Part shown: positions 9,835-23,463 of the stretch, one piece after another
Numbering within the stretch: position 1 is the first letter of the stretch
How the letters are laid out: each line of letters begins with the position of its first letter
NCBI RefSeq assembly: GCF_001194135.2
Contig: NC_068986.1
Location: forward strand, 20,621,287-20,663,048
Direction: 5' to 3'
Source: Octopus bimaculoides
Taxonomy: Eukaryota
DNA: 41,762 nt
Program-made: the position numbers and the translations under genes
The notes under the pieces: model-generated
What the model was told of the DNA's origin: nothing
Seen by the model: only the letters and a program-made list of their open reading frames with translations
The model's database searches: none

Positions 9835-11080
9835 NNNNNNNNNNNNNNNNNNNNNNNNNNNNNNNNNNNNNNNNNNNNNNNNNNNNNNNNNNNNNNNNNN
9901 NNNNNNNNNNNNNNNNNNNNNNNNNNNNNNNNNNNNNNNNNNNNNNNNNNNNNNNNNNNNNNNNNNNNNNNNNNNNNNNNNNNNNNNNNNNNNNNNNNNN
10001 NNNNNNNNNNNNNNNNNNNNNNNNNNNNNNNNNNNNNNNNNNNNNNNNNNNNNNNNNNNNNNNNNNNNNNNNNNNNNNNNNNNNNNNNNNNNNNNNNNNN
10101 NNNNNNNNNNNNNNNNNNNNNNNNNNNNNNNNNNNNNNNNNNNNNNNNNNNNNNNNNNNNNNNNNNNNNNNNNNNNNNNNNNNNNNNNNNNNNNNNNNNN
10201 NNNNNNNNNNNNNNNNNNNNNNNNNNNNNNNNNNNNNNNNNNNNNNNNNNNNNNNNNNNNNNNNNNNNNNNNNNNNNNNNNNNNNNNNNNNNNNNNNNNN
10301 NNNNNNNNNNNNNNNNNNNNNNNNNNNNNNNNNNNNNNNNNNNNNNNNNNNNNNNNNNNNNNNNNNNNNNNNNNNNNNNNNNNNNNNNNNNNNNNNNNNN
10401 NNNNNNNNNNNNNNNNNNNNNNNNNNNNNNNNNNNNNNNNNNNNNNNNNNNNNNNNNNNNNNNNNNNNNNNNNNNNNNNNNNNNNNNNNNNNNNNNNNNN
10501 NNNNNNNNNNNNNNNNNNNNNNNNNNNNNNNNNNNNNNNNNNNNNNNNNNNNNNNNNNNNNNNNNNNNNNNNNNNNNNNNNNNNNNNNNNNNNNNNNNNN
10601 NNNNNNNNNNNNNNNNNNNNNNNNNNNNNNNNNNNNATATATATACATACACACACCATTTACATCTTTGCATATGCACACAAACGCGCACACACACGCA
10701 CACACATATACTCTCACATGCATATATACACACTTACACTCACGCACATACACACATATAACTATATATATATACACTTTTTATTATTAAATTTCACTTT
10801 ATTTCCATTAATTAATGTTTTGCGCGGAAGAGGTCTAGAACAGATGGTATACAGACGAAAAAAGTTGTGGGCAACCTCTCCCGTCTCTCTGTCTCTCTGC
10901 TTCTCTGTCTCTCTACCTGTGTATATATGTGTGTGTGTGTATGTGTATGTGTGTGTTGTGTGTGTGTTTGTGTGTGAGAGTGAGAGAGAGAGAGAGAGAG
11001 GGAGAGAGAGAGAGTAAACGGTGGTTGCAGAGAAACGAACAATTAGTGTCTGAGAGACGTGAGCAAAATAAAATATAAAT

Positions 11081-11126
<46 letters not shown>

Positions 11127-11600
11127 AAAGATATTTAGGATGATGGTAAGAGGCGGAAGAAAAATAATAATGGTGAGACATAAGCAAAACAAAACTAATT
11201 ATATTCTGTGTGAGCAAGTAGATATTTAGATAAAAGAAATATAAAAGAGACATGTCATATAGTCACTTTATATTATATCATGTTAAAACAGATATTCTGT
11301 GTTGTTTATTTCTATCAAATTGTATTGTGCTATTGTGTAATTCTGTGTCTTTGTTGTTTTTCCATATTAATTATTACTATTTAAAACGTGGTAGAGCAGA
11401 GCAAAGGAACAATGTCAGACAAAAATACATTGATGTAATTAAGTATAGTTACGCCCAGAGATCGAATATCACTGTCGTTGGTTTGATATCTCGTCATTCT
11501 GGGACTATATGTATAAGGCTGTAGATATCTATGTGTGTATGAGTTAGAGCTCCACGTAGATTATCATTATCCAATCAGCTTCCAGTATAGTGGTTAGCTA

Positions 11601-11989
11601 TGTTGTTGTTGGCACTCCGTCGCTTACTACGACGAGGGTTCCAGTTGATCCGATCAACGGAACAGCCTGCTCGTGAAATTAACGTGCAAGTGGCTGAGCA
11701 CTCCACAGACACATGTACCCTTAACGTAGTTCTCGGGGATATTCAGCGTGACACAATGTGACAAGGCTGACCCTTTGAATTACAGGCACAACAGAAACAG
11801 GAAGTAAGAGTGAGAGAAAGCTGTGGTAAAAGAGTACAGCAGGGTTCGCCACCATCCCCTGCTGGAGCTTCATGGAGCTTTAGGTGTTTTCGCTCAATAA
11901 ACACTCACAACGCCCGGTCTGGGAATCGAAACGGCGATCTTATGACCGCGAGTCCGCTGCCCTAACCACTGGGCCATTGCGCCTCCGCT
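11601..11989 (-). mobile_element. Full-length tRNA-derived SINE family C with 11-bp TSD
   Basis: GTGGTTAGCTA at 11590-11600 and 11990-12000; A-box TGGCCCAGTGG and B-box-like GTTTCGATTCC; (ACA)n tail. Confidence 0.9.
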
Positions 11990-12825
11990 GTGGTTAGCTA
12001 ACCACTGAACTTAGCAAAGTTACTTGTTATACAAAGCATATGTAGTGGAAAATTAAGATAAGCATCAATATTAATATTTAGTTTCTGCGTACGTTTCCAC
12101 ATTGCAGTTATTTGGAACTCAGCATTAAATACTCCAAGTACATTTGGATGCCTAAATGCGATGGATCGTCAGGTGAACATCTTATTGCATCCTGTTACAA
12201 AGATGTAATATTAGAACTCATGTTAAGATCGTTGACTGTGGTTTACCTTGTTCGGTGATCGACTTTGGTATTAGGAAAGAAATAAGTGATAGGAAGTGAC
12301 TGTGAGGTATTAAAATTTCTGTTGGAGTAAAATGGAGTTTGGCTCTTTGTTCGATAACTCGATGGGGAGCTATGACGACTATGGGGCGATAGATATCATG
12401 AGGGTGTTTAATTTTTGACATCCTTATGAAGTGAGCATTCAACATGGCTCAGTATTTCACAGAGACAATGGTTCGTTAACCTCATGGAATACGAATGGTC
12501 ATACCGTGAATGAATTCAGAAAAGATTTAATAATCATTATTTAGAAGCTTGGTTTAGATGGCATTAAAAGGAATTACACGGCACTTGCCGCGAACACTTT
12601 CAAAAGTCCTCACCATCAGCATCTCTACTCGTTATGGTGAAGGAAAAACGAAAATTCCATCTCTCTTGAATGCGAACACAAATAAGAAATAACTGGTTTT
12701 ACTGTTTTACATCGAAATATCGACACTGCAGGAATATCTCTGGAAAACGATCTGCATGAATGAATTGAGATGCTCAGCGGAAGGGCAAAGAGATAAGACA
12801 AGAACTACAACCACAGAAACACCGC

Positions 12826-12859
12826 CACCGCCACTACCGCCGCCGCCACCACCACCACC

Positions 12860-12922
<63 letters not shown>

Positions 12923-12923
12923 G

Positions 12924-12959
<36 letters not shown>

Positions 12960-13061
12960 TCATCATTACAGCCATCACGTGATCTCGATGGCAACGAAGG
13001 TCACGATGACTGCGATGATTGTGATCACCATAATCATTCTTCCTTCACACCCACAATCGTT

Positions 13062-13096
<35 letters not shown>

Positions 13097-13217
13097 GATT
13101 ACGATCGCTATCATTATTCTCATCAGTTTTTATCATTATCATTATCGGTGCTATCATTCCTAAAAAGTATCCATACCATCATCATCATCATTATCATCAT
13201 CATCATTATCATCATCG

Positions 13218-13260
<43 letters not shown>

Positions 13261-13261
13261 T
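12826..13261. repeat. Compound trinucleotide microsatellite (CCG/CCA)n(CTA)n...(CAT)n
   Basis: Direct reading; explains the poly-S/G/L/P/I/D ORFs. Confidence 0.95.
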
Positions 13262-13899
13262 GAGTGTCGTCGCCGTCGTCATTTCCATTACCTCTACCGT
13301 CGCCTCCCTTCAAACAATTCTACATCCCCCCCTCTCCCGCAATAAACATTTCCTCAATAAATCACAACAACAGCGTTTTCCTTCTTTCCCCCCCGCACCA
13401 TCTTCTACAATAAGACACACATTTCGTTATCAAAGCCAGAAGAATTCACTAACCGAGATTCTTTTTGGCCAAGAACACGCCTATTTCTTGGCCGTTCAAA
13501 CCGTTTTTGCTTCCACTAGGCAAAGTGCAGCTAAGCACATATATATATATATATATATATGCTTTATATATATATATATATATATATATNNNNNNNNNNN
13601 NNNNNNNNNNNNNNNNNNNNNNNNNNNNNNNNNNNNNNNNNNNNNNNNNNNNNNNNNNNNNNNNNNNNNNNNNNNNNNNNNNNNNNNNNNNNNNNNNNNN
13701 NNNNNNNNNNNNNNNNNNNNNNNNNNNNNNNNNNNNNNNNNNNNNNNNNNNNNNNNNNNNNNNNNNNNNNNNNNNNNNNNNNNNNNNNNNNNNNNNNNNN
13801 NNNNNNNNNNNNNNNNNNNNNNNNNNNNNNNNNNNNNNNNNNNNNNNNNNNNNNAGAGAGAGAGAGAGAGAGGGAGAGAGAGAGAGAGAGAGAGAGAGA

Positions 13900-14545
13900 T
13901 GTTTCATCTACACTTGATCTGCTCAACTACAGATTTAAAAACCTTGGGAAGTGTCGCAACTCAGAAAACGTTATCACTTTGACTGGCTGACATGTGGTAC
14001 ACAGTGGACCTGCTCAGGCAACATCAATTTTGATAGAGAGACTGAACAAATGTACAACACACACACATTTAATCACTATAAACGAACCATTTGTGTAGGT
14101 TGTTCAGCAAGAAATTGCAGAACGGCCTTCCTCAGACTACGAGAGTCTACCATGACATTCATCTCTTTTGTTCCTGCCATAAGGCTCCACTCCAAACACG
14201 CCAGGTTGATTTAATTCGTCTTTAATCGAAAGACATCCGTTGTTATTGTTTTGTTGTTTGTATTTGTAATTGTGTAACATTTCTCCGTTGTTTTCGTCCT
14301 TGTTTTCGTATACATTCGCTTACTTTCTTCCAAAGAATCTAGTGCACTTAACTTAGATTTTCTTGCGGCCGGCCGGATTGGAGCAGTCTCGAGTGTAACC
14401 AGCCGAAACTGCAGGGATGATCAGGAACTCGATTGACGATAGAAGGCTTCGAATGACCCGTCCTTGTTTTTTTCTGTCATTCTTTGTATCGTCTAACTGT
14501 GCGGATGTTTTGTTGTCGCCTGTTACGTTCTTGTTCCATTTTTTG
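13900..14545 (+). mobile_element. Probable Penelope-like element 3' remnant
   Basis: Weak GIY-YIG-like fragments (C..SENVI, RLRE..FI), followed by a T-rich tail whose last ~160 bp recur at 18885-19045. Confidence 0.4.
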
Positions 14546-15254
14546 TTTTGTTTATACATACATACATACATACATACATACATACATACATACATACATA
14601 CATACACACCGTGTGCGAATTCTGCCCATGACTCTTTCACCACTGACTTGGACTCCAAAGTCACATTCAGCATAAACACCAGCCGAGGAGACTGGATGGA
14701 AACTGACGAACCCAATGCTCGGATACGAACTGGAGCCGACGATATATATATATATATATACATAAAGATACATGCATAATCACTTATATGTATGCTCACA
14801 CACACACACATTATTCAAGTGGCAAATACAAGTACGGTATCGGATAAACCTAAGATAAAATATACGATGTCAGCGTATCTCAGATAACGTTCCCAGATAA
14901 CCTGATCGATATCTATTTATTTCCTCTAATTAATGAAGCAAGAAGGCTTACTCGCACATGCATCGAAGCCCAACGACAGTTTTTAACAAAACATTCAGTT
15001 AAAGTGCTTCTTCGGTAAAATAACCAGTTATCTATTTTGAGCTTTTCTTTCTATCTATGGTCATCCATTTGTGAACAAAACCCTGTTGGCTTGTTGGTGG
15101 CAGTGAGGAATTCATACGTATAAAATATTATCCATATATAATATATCGCCACTAGACAAATGGATGCGTGTCCAAGAAAAATATACAAAATATCACTTCA
15201 ATTATTATATATACCTCTCTCTGTCTTACTTTCTCTCTGTCTTTCATATATATA

Positions 15255-15500
15255 ACATTGTCCCGAAACAGATAAAAGAGGAAAAGGATCCTATCAGCTT
15301 TAAACGAACTCTAGACAGATTTCTTCAAGGAATACCAGACAAGCCACCCATACCTGGATACAACTAACTCAATAAGAACTCACTACTTGAATGGACGATA
15401 AACAAAAACTTGACTGTAAAAAGGATTTAGATAATCCTATCAGTTAGATAATCCTATTAAGTTAGACATGGCCTGGACCAATCTTTGGTCGAACTATATC
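15255..15500 (+). mobile_element. CR1/L2-group LINE 3' end remnant
   Basis: FKRTLDRFLQGIPDKPPIPGYN*LNKNSLLEW matches the FKxxLDxFL..IPDxP..GY..NSLxxW C-terminus of CR1-type ORF2. Confidence 0.65.
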
Positions 15501-16092
15501 TAAGGTTATATATATATATANNNNNNNNNNNNNNNNNNNNNNNNNNNNNNNNNNNNNNNNNNNNNNNNNNNNNNNNNNNNNNNNNNNNNNNNNNNNNNNN
15601 NNNNNNNNNNNNNNNNNNNNNNNNNNNNNNNNNNNNNNNNNNNNNNNNNNNNNNNNNNNNNNNNNNNNNNNNNNNNNNNNNNNNNNNNNNNNNNNNNNNN
15701 NNNNNNNNNNNNNNNNNNNNNNNNNNNNNNNNNNNNNNNNNNNNNNNNNNNNNNNNNNNNNNNNNNNNNNNNNNNNNNNNNNNNNNNNNNNNNNNNNNNN
15801 NNNNNNNNNNNNNNNNNNNNNNNNNNNNNNNNNNNNNNNNNNNNNNNNNNNNNNNNNNNNNNNNNNNNNNNNNNNNNNNNNNNNNNNNNNNNNNNNNNNN
15901 NNNNNNNNNNNNNNNNNNNNNNNNNNNNNNNNNNNNNNNNNNNNNNNNNNNNNNNNNNNNNNNNNNNNNNNNNNNNNNNNNNNNNNNNNNNNNNNNNNNN
16001 NNNNNNNNNNNNNNNNNNNNNNNNNNNNNNNNNNNNNNNNNNNNNNNNNNNNNNNNNNNNNNNNNNNNNNNNNNNNNNNNNNNNNNNNNNNN

Positions 16093-16145
<53 letters not shown>

Positions 16146-16278
16146 TAAAATCAGAAAATGGAGAAAACCTCAGATCAACAAACACATCAATTGGACCACA
16201 TTTATAGCTTATTATTTAATACAGAACAAGGCATAACATTTATGACATAACAAATCTTACGGCCGTTTCTGCATCCAG

Positions 16279-16314
<36 letters not shown>

Positions 16315-18884
16315 TGTATGTATGTATGTGTTTGTGTGTGTGCGTGCGTGCGTGTGAGTGTGTACGCGTGTGTGTGCGTGCGTGCGTGCGTGTGTACGCG
16401 TGTGTGTGTGTCCGCGTATGAATTTACTTATGCTTTTCTACATGCGGAGTTTAAATCCAGCCGAGATCAACCTGACCTTTCGTCAGGAAGAAAGTATAAT
16501 GCATGTCAACATACTTCACAAATTCATTCACCAACCACGTGATTTCTATCACATCCAATGCTTACCAAAGCATTCTATTCAACACTCTAAATACTGGTAA
16601 TCTCTCTCTCTCTCTCTTTCTTTCTCTCTCTCTCTCTCTCTTTCTTTCTCTCTCTCTCTCTCTCTTTCTTTCTCTCTCTNNNNNNNNNNNNNNNNNNNNN
16701 NNNNNNNNNNNNNNNNNNNNNNNNNNNNNNNNNNNNNNNNNNNNNNNNNNNNNNNNNNNNNNNNNNNNNNNNNNNNNNNNNNNNNNNNNNNNNNNNNNNN
16801 NNNNNNNNNNNNNNNNNNNNNNNNNNNNNNNNNNNNNNNNNNNNNNNNNNNNNNNNNNNNNNNNNNNNNNNNNNNNNNNNNNNNNNNNNNNNNNNNNNNN
16901 NNNNNNNNNNNNNNNNNNNNNNNNNNNNNNNNNNNNNNNNNNNNNNNNNNNNNNNNNNNNNNNNNNNNNNNNNNNNNNNNNNNNNNNNNNNNNNNNNNNN
17001 NNNNNNNNNNNNNNNNNNNNNNNNNNNNNNNNNNNNNNNNNNNNNNNNNNNNNNNNNNNNNNNNNNNNNNNNNNNNNNNNNNNNNNNNNNNNNNNNNNTA
17101 TATATATATATATATATGCATGTATATATGCAAATACAGGTATACCAAATACCATATAGCATATTTTTTGATTTATTAAAATTATATCCTTTCTAGAGGA
17201 GGTAAGATAATTACTAAATGGTAATTATGATCAAGTTCACTTGAGAAGGGGAGATAATCTCTTATTGTCTGGGAATAAGAGAGCAGTCGCGATTGGTCAG
17301 AAAATGGTGGTTCAAACATATGTGCTCAGGGAGATCGAACTCTTAAACTTCAAGCTTCCTAATCACGGCAAATTTGAACGGTGGCCTGGGAGAACAACTA
17401 AAATCGAGTGCATATAAAAGAAGAACGACGGAGGAACGATTTTGTGTCTAAAGAAAGTATTTATATGAAAAATTGAGTTTGATTTCATCACGTAAAATGT
17501 ATATGCAATTTTTCATATCAATACTTTATACCTATAACATTTTTCTCCACCGTTTTTCTTTCACACACACACAGACACACAAACACAGATACATACACAC
17601 ATGCATGCGCCTTCACAGATCTACCACACCCACACACACACACACAAAAAAAAAAGAGTCCGGAAAGAAAACACGCATGTCAACAATAATTTATGCATTG
17701 GCATACATCTTGAATAATGCAAGTATTGAATGGGCCGAGAACATGGATTCGATAATAATTCGCATTTTGAAAATTATGCTTCTGCAATCCAAGAGCAAGA
17801 GGCATCTACAAATATTTGCTGAACAACAGAAGCATTGGGGTCTCAAAGCTGCAAAGATGTAACCGAAAATGTCGATTCTGACACATATATGTCTGTGACA
17901 TGACACATGTGATTAGCAGCTGTTCTGAAATGTCATTAAATTATTACAGCCCTCTGTTAAAGCAATACACAAGGCCATCTGCAAGAAGGATTGCCTAGGA
18001 TAAACATAAAAACACATTTTTGTCGTTGAGTACATTCATACGTTTCAAACGAGAAGTTTTGCTAGAGTATTCCCATCAAATCTTTCACCAAATGTAAATA
18101 CAAGCCTGACAATTGCCTAGGACAGAAAACATATATTTAAAGGAAATAGACAAATTATTCTAATAGCTTGTAATTTATAGACTTAAGGGAGGTAAACTTC
18201 AATAATACAATAAGTGTATAAAAAGGTTATAGAAATGAAAACTAATAGAGCTTAATAGTGTGACAAGGTTACTAAAGTACAGTTCCATATATATATCAAT
18301 TGGGTCGTGTTTTTTATGTGCCATATGAAGTTTGACAAAGTCGTGGTGTTCTTTTCAACCTGTCGGAATAACGAATTATAGTTTAGTTGAAATACCAGGG
18401 TTTGAATCTACCTTTTACAGTTTGTATTCACTTTCAATGCTATATCAATAGGTTTGCTTTGCTAGAGGTGATTTCTGTTTCGTATATTATCAATTTGGCA
18501 TTACATTACAAGTTGAGTAGCCAAGTGGTGATATTTCTGCCCGCATAGCTTGTCTAAGGTAAATTTTGTTGATTCATGTGTAATGATACTTTTGATATTA
18601 AGAGTACAACAACAGCTAAATTTTAAACAATTCCCGTGAAAGAGTTTCCTGCTCTAGTGGTGGTGAATTGGCAAATGTTTATCTGTTAGAGCTTAGAATT
18701 TTTGGCGAAGTTTTACTTCATGCTGAAAAAAAATAAAAATAAAAAGATGTGGGATCCATATGATGTTATTCTTAACATGGAAAGACAAGGAAACGGGGAT
18801 GGAAGTGAATTTATCCCTTGTTAGAGCACAATTGCATTATGAGGTGACTTTTACAAAAGATTCCTTATCTCAAAGAGGTTAGAA

Positions 18885-19045
18885 GTTCTTCCAGCCGAAA
18901 TTGCAAGGATAATCTGGATCTCGACTGAAGAGAGAAAACTCCGAATGACCTGTCCTTGTTTTCTTTGTATCGTCTATCTGGATGTTTTGTCCCTTTCTTG
19001 TATCACCTGTCTGGACGTTTTGCGTTCTTGTCCCATTCTGTATTA
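18885..19045 (+). mobile_element. Short copy of the 14.4 kb element tail
   Basis: CCAGCCGAAA(T/C)TGC...CGAATGACC(T/C)GTCCTTG shared with 14399-14545. Confidence 0.6.
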
Positions 19046-19254
19046 TTTATATATATATTACTAATTAGCTTTTTTAAAAACTATGGAAGGATGGTTAGAA
19101 TTGATATTAATGTTCTAATTCATGTATGGCTGATCCTTCTTAATATAACGGCTTTTTCTGAGTGAAATAGCAGTAAAAACTTCGTCCACCGATTATCTGG
19201 AGTAATCCAAATATATAACCTCGAGGATGATCTAGGCTATGTCAGAACAATAAT

Positions 19255-19542
<288 letters not shown>

Positions 19543-21112
19543 CACACATCCGTCCATCCATCCGAACACACGTCTCAAATTATATCACAAAAAGACGCAT
19601 ATGTTAATATTTATGCGGAGATCGGAAAGCCATTTTCCGCCTGTTCACACAGACACACACGCGGGTGCGCACACGCTAAGTTTCAACTAAGCTTATATAC
19701 ATTCTAACATGCACGAGTTCATGCATACTAACATCTGTATCTCCCCGTAAACAATCTTAAACGTTCAAACAACATCCTTACTGTATATACACAGATATTC
19801 ACACACATATACATTGTGACAGTTAGACTTACATAAATAGATTTGCATATAACATACATGTGTATATTATTTACTTAGATTGTATATAACCAATACACAT
19901 TTGTATATACACACACATACAGAGCAATAGAGAGTCATATATACATACATGAATGCATGCATATTCATATGCTTATATACAAATGCATATACATACATAC
20001 ATATATACACACATACATAAATGCCTATATATATACACACAAATACATAAACCTGTACATATATACACACATATATAAATGCATATGTAAATGCATATAT
20101 ATATATATATANNNNNNNNNNNNNNNNNNNNNNNNNNNNNNNNNNNNNNNNNNNNNNNNNNNNNNNNNNNNNNNNNNNNNNNNNNNNNNNNNNNNNNNNN
20201 NNNNNNNNNNNNNNNNNNNNNNNNNNNNNNNNNNNNNNNNNNNNNNNNNNNNNNNNNNNNNNNNNNNNNNNNNNNNNNNNNNNNNNNNNNNNNNNNNNNN
20301 NNNNNNNNNNNNNNNNNNNNNNNNNNNNNNNNNNNNNNNNNNNNNNNNNNNNNNNNNNNNNNNNNNNNNNNNNNNNNNNNNNNNNNNNNNNNNNNNNNNN
20401 NNNNNNNNNNNNNNNNNNNNNNNNNNNNNNNNNNNNNNNNNNNNNNNNNNNNNNNNNNNNNNNNNNNNNNNNNNNNNNNNNNNNNNNNNNNNNNNNNNNN
20501 NNNNNNNNNNNNNNNNNNNNNNNNNNNNNNNNNNNNNNNNNNNNNNNNNNNNNNNNNNNNNNNNNNNNNNNNNNNNNNNNNNNNNNNNNNNNNNNNNNNN
20601 NNNNNNNNNNNNNNNNNNNNNNNNNNNNNNNNNNNNNNNNNNNNNNNNNNNNNNNNNNNNNNNNNNNNNNNNNNNNNNNNNNNNNNNNNNNNNNNNNNNN
20701 NNNNNNNNNNNNNNNNNNNNNNNNNNNNNNNNNNNNNNNNNNNNNNNNNNNNNNNNNNNNNNNNNNNNNNNNNNNNNNNNNNNNNNNNNNNNNNNNNNNN
20801 NNNNNNNNNNNNNNNNNNNNNNNNNNNNNNNNNNNNNNNNNNNNNNNNNNNNNNNNNNNNNNNNNNNNNNNNNNNNNNNNNNNNNNNNNNNNNNNNNNNN
20901 NNNNNNNNNNNNNNNNNNNNNNNNNNNNNNNNNNNNNNNNNNNNNNNNNNNNNNNNNNNNNNNNNNNNNNNNNNNNNNNNNNNNNNNNNNNNNNNNNNNN
21001 NNNNNNNNNNNNNNNNNNNNNNNNNNNNNNNNNNNNNNNNNNNNNNNNNNNNNNNNNNNNNNNNNNNNNNNNNNNNNNNNNNNNNNATATATATATATAT
21101 ATATATATAAAT

Positions 21113-21214
21113 GTCGAGCTTCTTTCAGTTTCCGTCTACCAAATCCACTCATAAGGCTTTGTCCGGCCCGTGGTTATAATAGAGCACACCTGCCCAAGGT
21201 GCCACGCAGTAGGA
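21113..21214 (-). mobile_element. SINE family B fragment
   Basis: Similar to 1-135. Confidence 0.75.
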
Positions 21215-22218
21215 TGCAAGGGTTTTCAAAGGAAGAGCAAAAGTAACTGACATGCACCTTCCAAATGCAGTGTATTTGTGGACAGAAAAAATTGGAAGAC
21301 ATTCCAAGAATTCTCCATCTCAGATTCTTTCAATGAATCTATACATACAACCTTCCCACCGGACCACCACCACCTCATAAGCACAAGCACCTAAGTACTA
21401 AAGGGATCTATTCCCACAGAACAAAGGTGCAGGTGCATACACCCACAAATATTCTCACACTAACTCAGCTATCTATTTACAAATCCCGGGAACTGTCGTA
21501 ACTTGAAGAGCCTTGTCACTTTGTTAGCGACCGGATTGAATTCTATTAAAAACAACTTGAGTAAGAACAACATTTACAGGTTTTGTTATCCCAAGTTTCG
21601 GTGACTGAGCTTTGGTTCTTACTTAGAAACCAGCTCTTCCCATATAGGAATAATTCAAGCATAAGCACTCGTACTCTGCTGTCCCTCTCTGTGAACTCTC
21701 TCTCTCTCACACACATACATACACATGCTACGAAGTGTAACCACGCATATTTTCTTTACATCGCTTATTCAGAAGTTCATTCTTTTCGTTTTTTTCTTTC
21801 AGTCTACAGACTTAATGTCGTAACCCCATAATTTATGTAAACATTCGTTGAGCACTTTTGGTGAAAAATACCTCGCTAAGACTAATTATGAAGTACCCTG
21901 TGGAGTATGTACGGGACTTGTTACCAACTAAACGCACACACACACACATACACACACACACACACACAGAACATTGACATACAAATGTATTTGGCCACAT
22001 GTTCAAATTGCACACATGTAGAAACTAATGCACACATATTTGATAGGCACTCATAAAAATAATATATATATGCATATATATATATATATATATANNNNNN
22101 NNNNNNNNNNNNNNNNNNNNNNNNNNNNNNNNNNNNNNNNNNNNNNNNNNNNNNNNNNNNNNNNNNNTGTATATATATATATAGGTATGTATACATACAT
22201 GCCTGTTTATGTGCAGTG

Positions 22219-22260
<42 letters not shown>

Positions 22261-22639
22261 ATGCACATATGCATATATATGTGTAAATAGACAACTCCTA
22301 CCCACATGAATCGAGCCAACGATGTAATCGCTGTGTTATTTTGACCTCCTAGAAATAACAGCCAATCAAATCAAGCCTCAAAATTACATGCTAATGTCAG
22401 GAAAATAGGAAGGGGACATGTACCATAATGTGACCCTAGATATAGTCACTGGTTTCAAGGATAACAAGAAGGTATGGTCATATGTAGATTGTCTTTAGTG
22501 ATAAGGGCTGGCCTTGGATTTAAGAACACCAACAATTTCTACCAACAGTATCAGATATATGTCTGTCTGTTTGTCTATGTCTATCTATCTATCTATCTAT
22601 GTCATATACTCATGTATGTATATCATGTATGTGTATACT

Positions 22640-22905
22640 CTAGGCACAAGGCCCGAAATTTTTGGGGAGGGGGCCAGTCGATTAGATCGACCCCAGTGCG
22701 CAACTGGTACTTAATTTATCAACCCCGAAGGGATGAAAAGNNNNNNNNNNACCCCAGTGCGCAACTGGTACTTAATTTATCAACCCCGAAGGGATGAAAA
22801 GCAAAGTCGACCTCGGTGGAATTTGAACTCAGAACGTAAAGACAAGACGAAATATCGCTAAGCGTTTCGCCCGGCCTGCTAACGCTTCTGCCAGCTCGCT
22901 GCCTC
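22640..22905 (-). mobile_element. SINE family A copy spanning a 10-N gap with an artefactual 51-bp duplication
   Basis: 22690-22740 is identical to 22751-22801. Confidence 0.85.
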
Positions 22906-23420
22906 AATAGACTTTTAAATTGTGATGTGTGTGTACATGTGTATATGTTTGTGCGCGTGTTCATGTGCGTATGTGTGTGTAGTGATAATGAGTTTGAGGT
23001 TAGATGAAGGCCAGATAAAAACCTGTGATACCATATCTAGGGTGGGCTGCAGACTGACAGAGTTCCCCTACTTTTCAACCCATGAGGAGCAGGTGCAGGA
23101 GAAGGAAGACTAAGTGTGGTAGCGTCTAACCCAGCTCTCCTCCTTAACCCCAGCCTCACGGACCTTGATTCCATTTCTTCCTAAAATTCGTTTCCATCAC
23201 TGGATTAAACTGATAGACACGTGATTAGCGGGTCTCGTGGCTGGCAACCAGCTTGGAAACCTAATTCTTTAGAAGTTGTGTCTGTCGGATGTGACCAACA
23301 TAACTACGGTAGTAGGAGTAAGGGAGGAAGTAGGAGTAGCGGTTGTAAGGGTTGTAATGAAGGAGAGGTGGGAGGAGTAGGATTAGTGGAGGGAGTCTGC
23401 CATGTGATGGATACAGTGAT

Positions 23421-23463
<43 letters not shown>

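Noticed and set aside
11453-11518. Possible phase 0-0 pro-domain exon PYTYSPRMTRYQTNDSDIRSLG
   Set aside because: Weak acceptor and donor; the nearby LRGAL motif is in another frame that is closed by stops.
12218-12445. 75-aa ORF (KHPHDIYRPIVV...) as pro-domain exon or RT fragment
   Set aside because: Only short motif resemblances, and no phase-consistent splice path.
17292-17420. ATTGG box plus TATAAAAG on the + strand as a nested antisense promoter
   Set aside because: No downstream ORF or exon structure; such motifs are expected by chance in AT-rich DNA.
18690-18745. Strong minus-strand acceptor TTTTTTTCAG at 18723
   Set aside because: All three frames close within 10 codons and there is no donor; at most a cryptic or poison site.
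21623-21662. Alternative first exon MLELFLYGKSWFL with phase-1 GTAAGA donor
   Set aside because: Not a credible signal peptide; chance occurrence is likely.
22690-22801. 51-bp perfect direct repeat around 10 N
   Set aside because: Unmerged contig overlap within one SINE; an assembly artefact.
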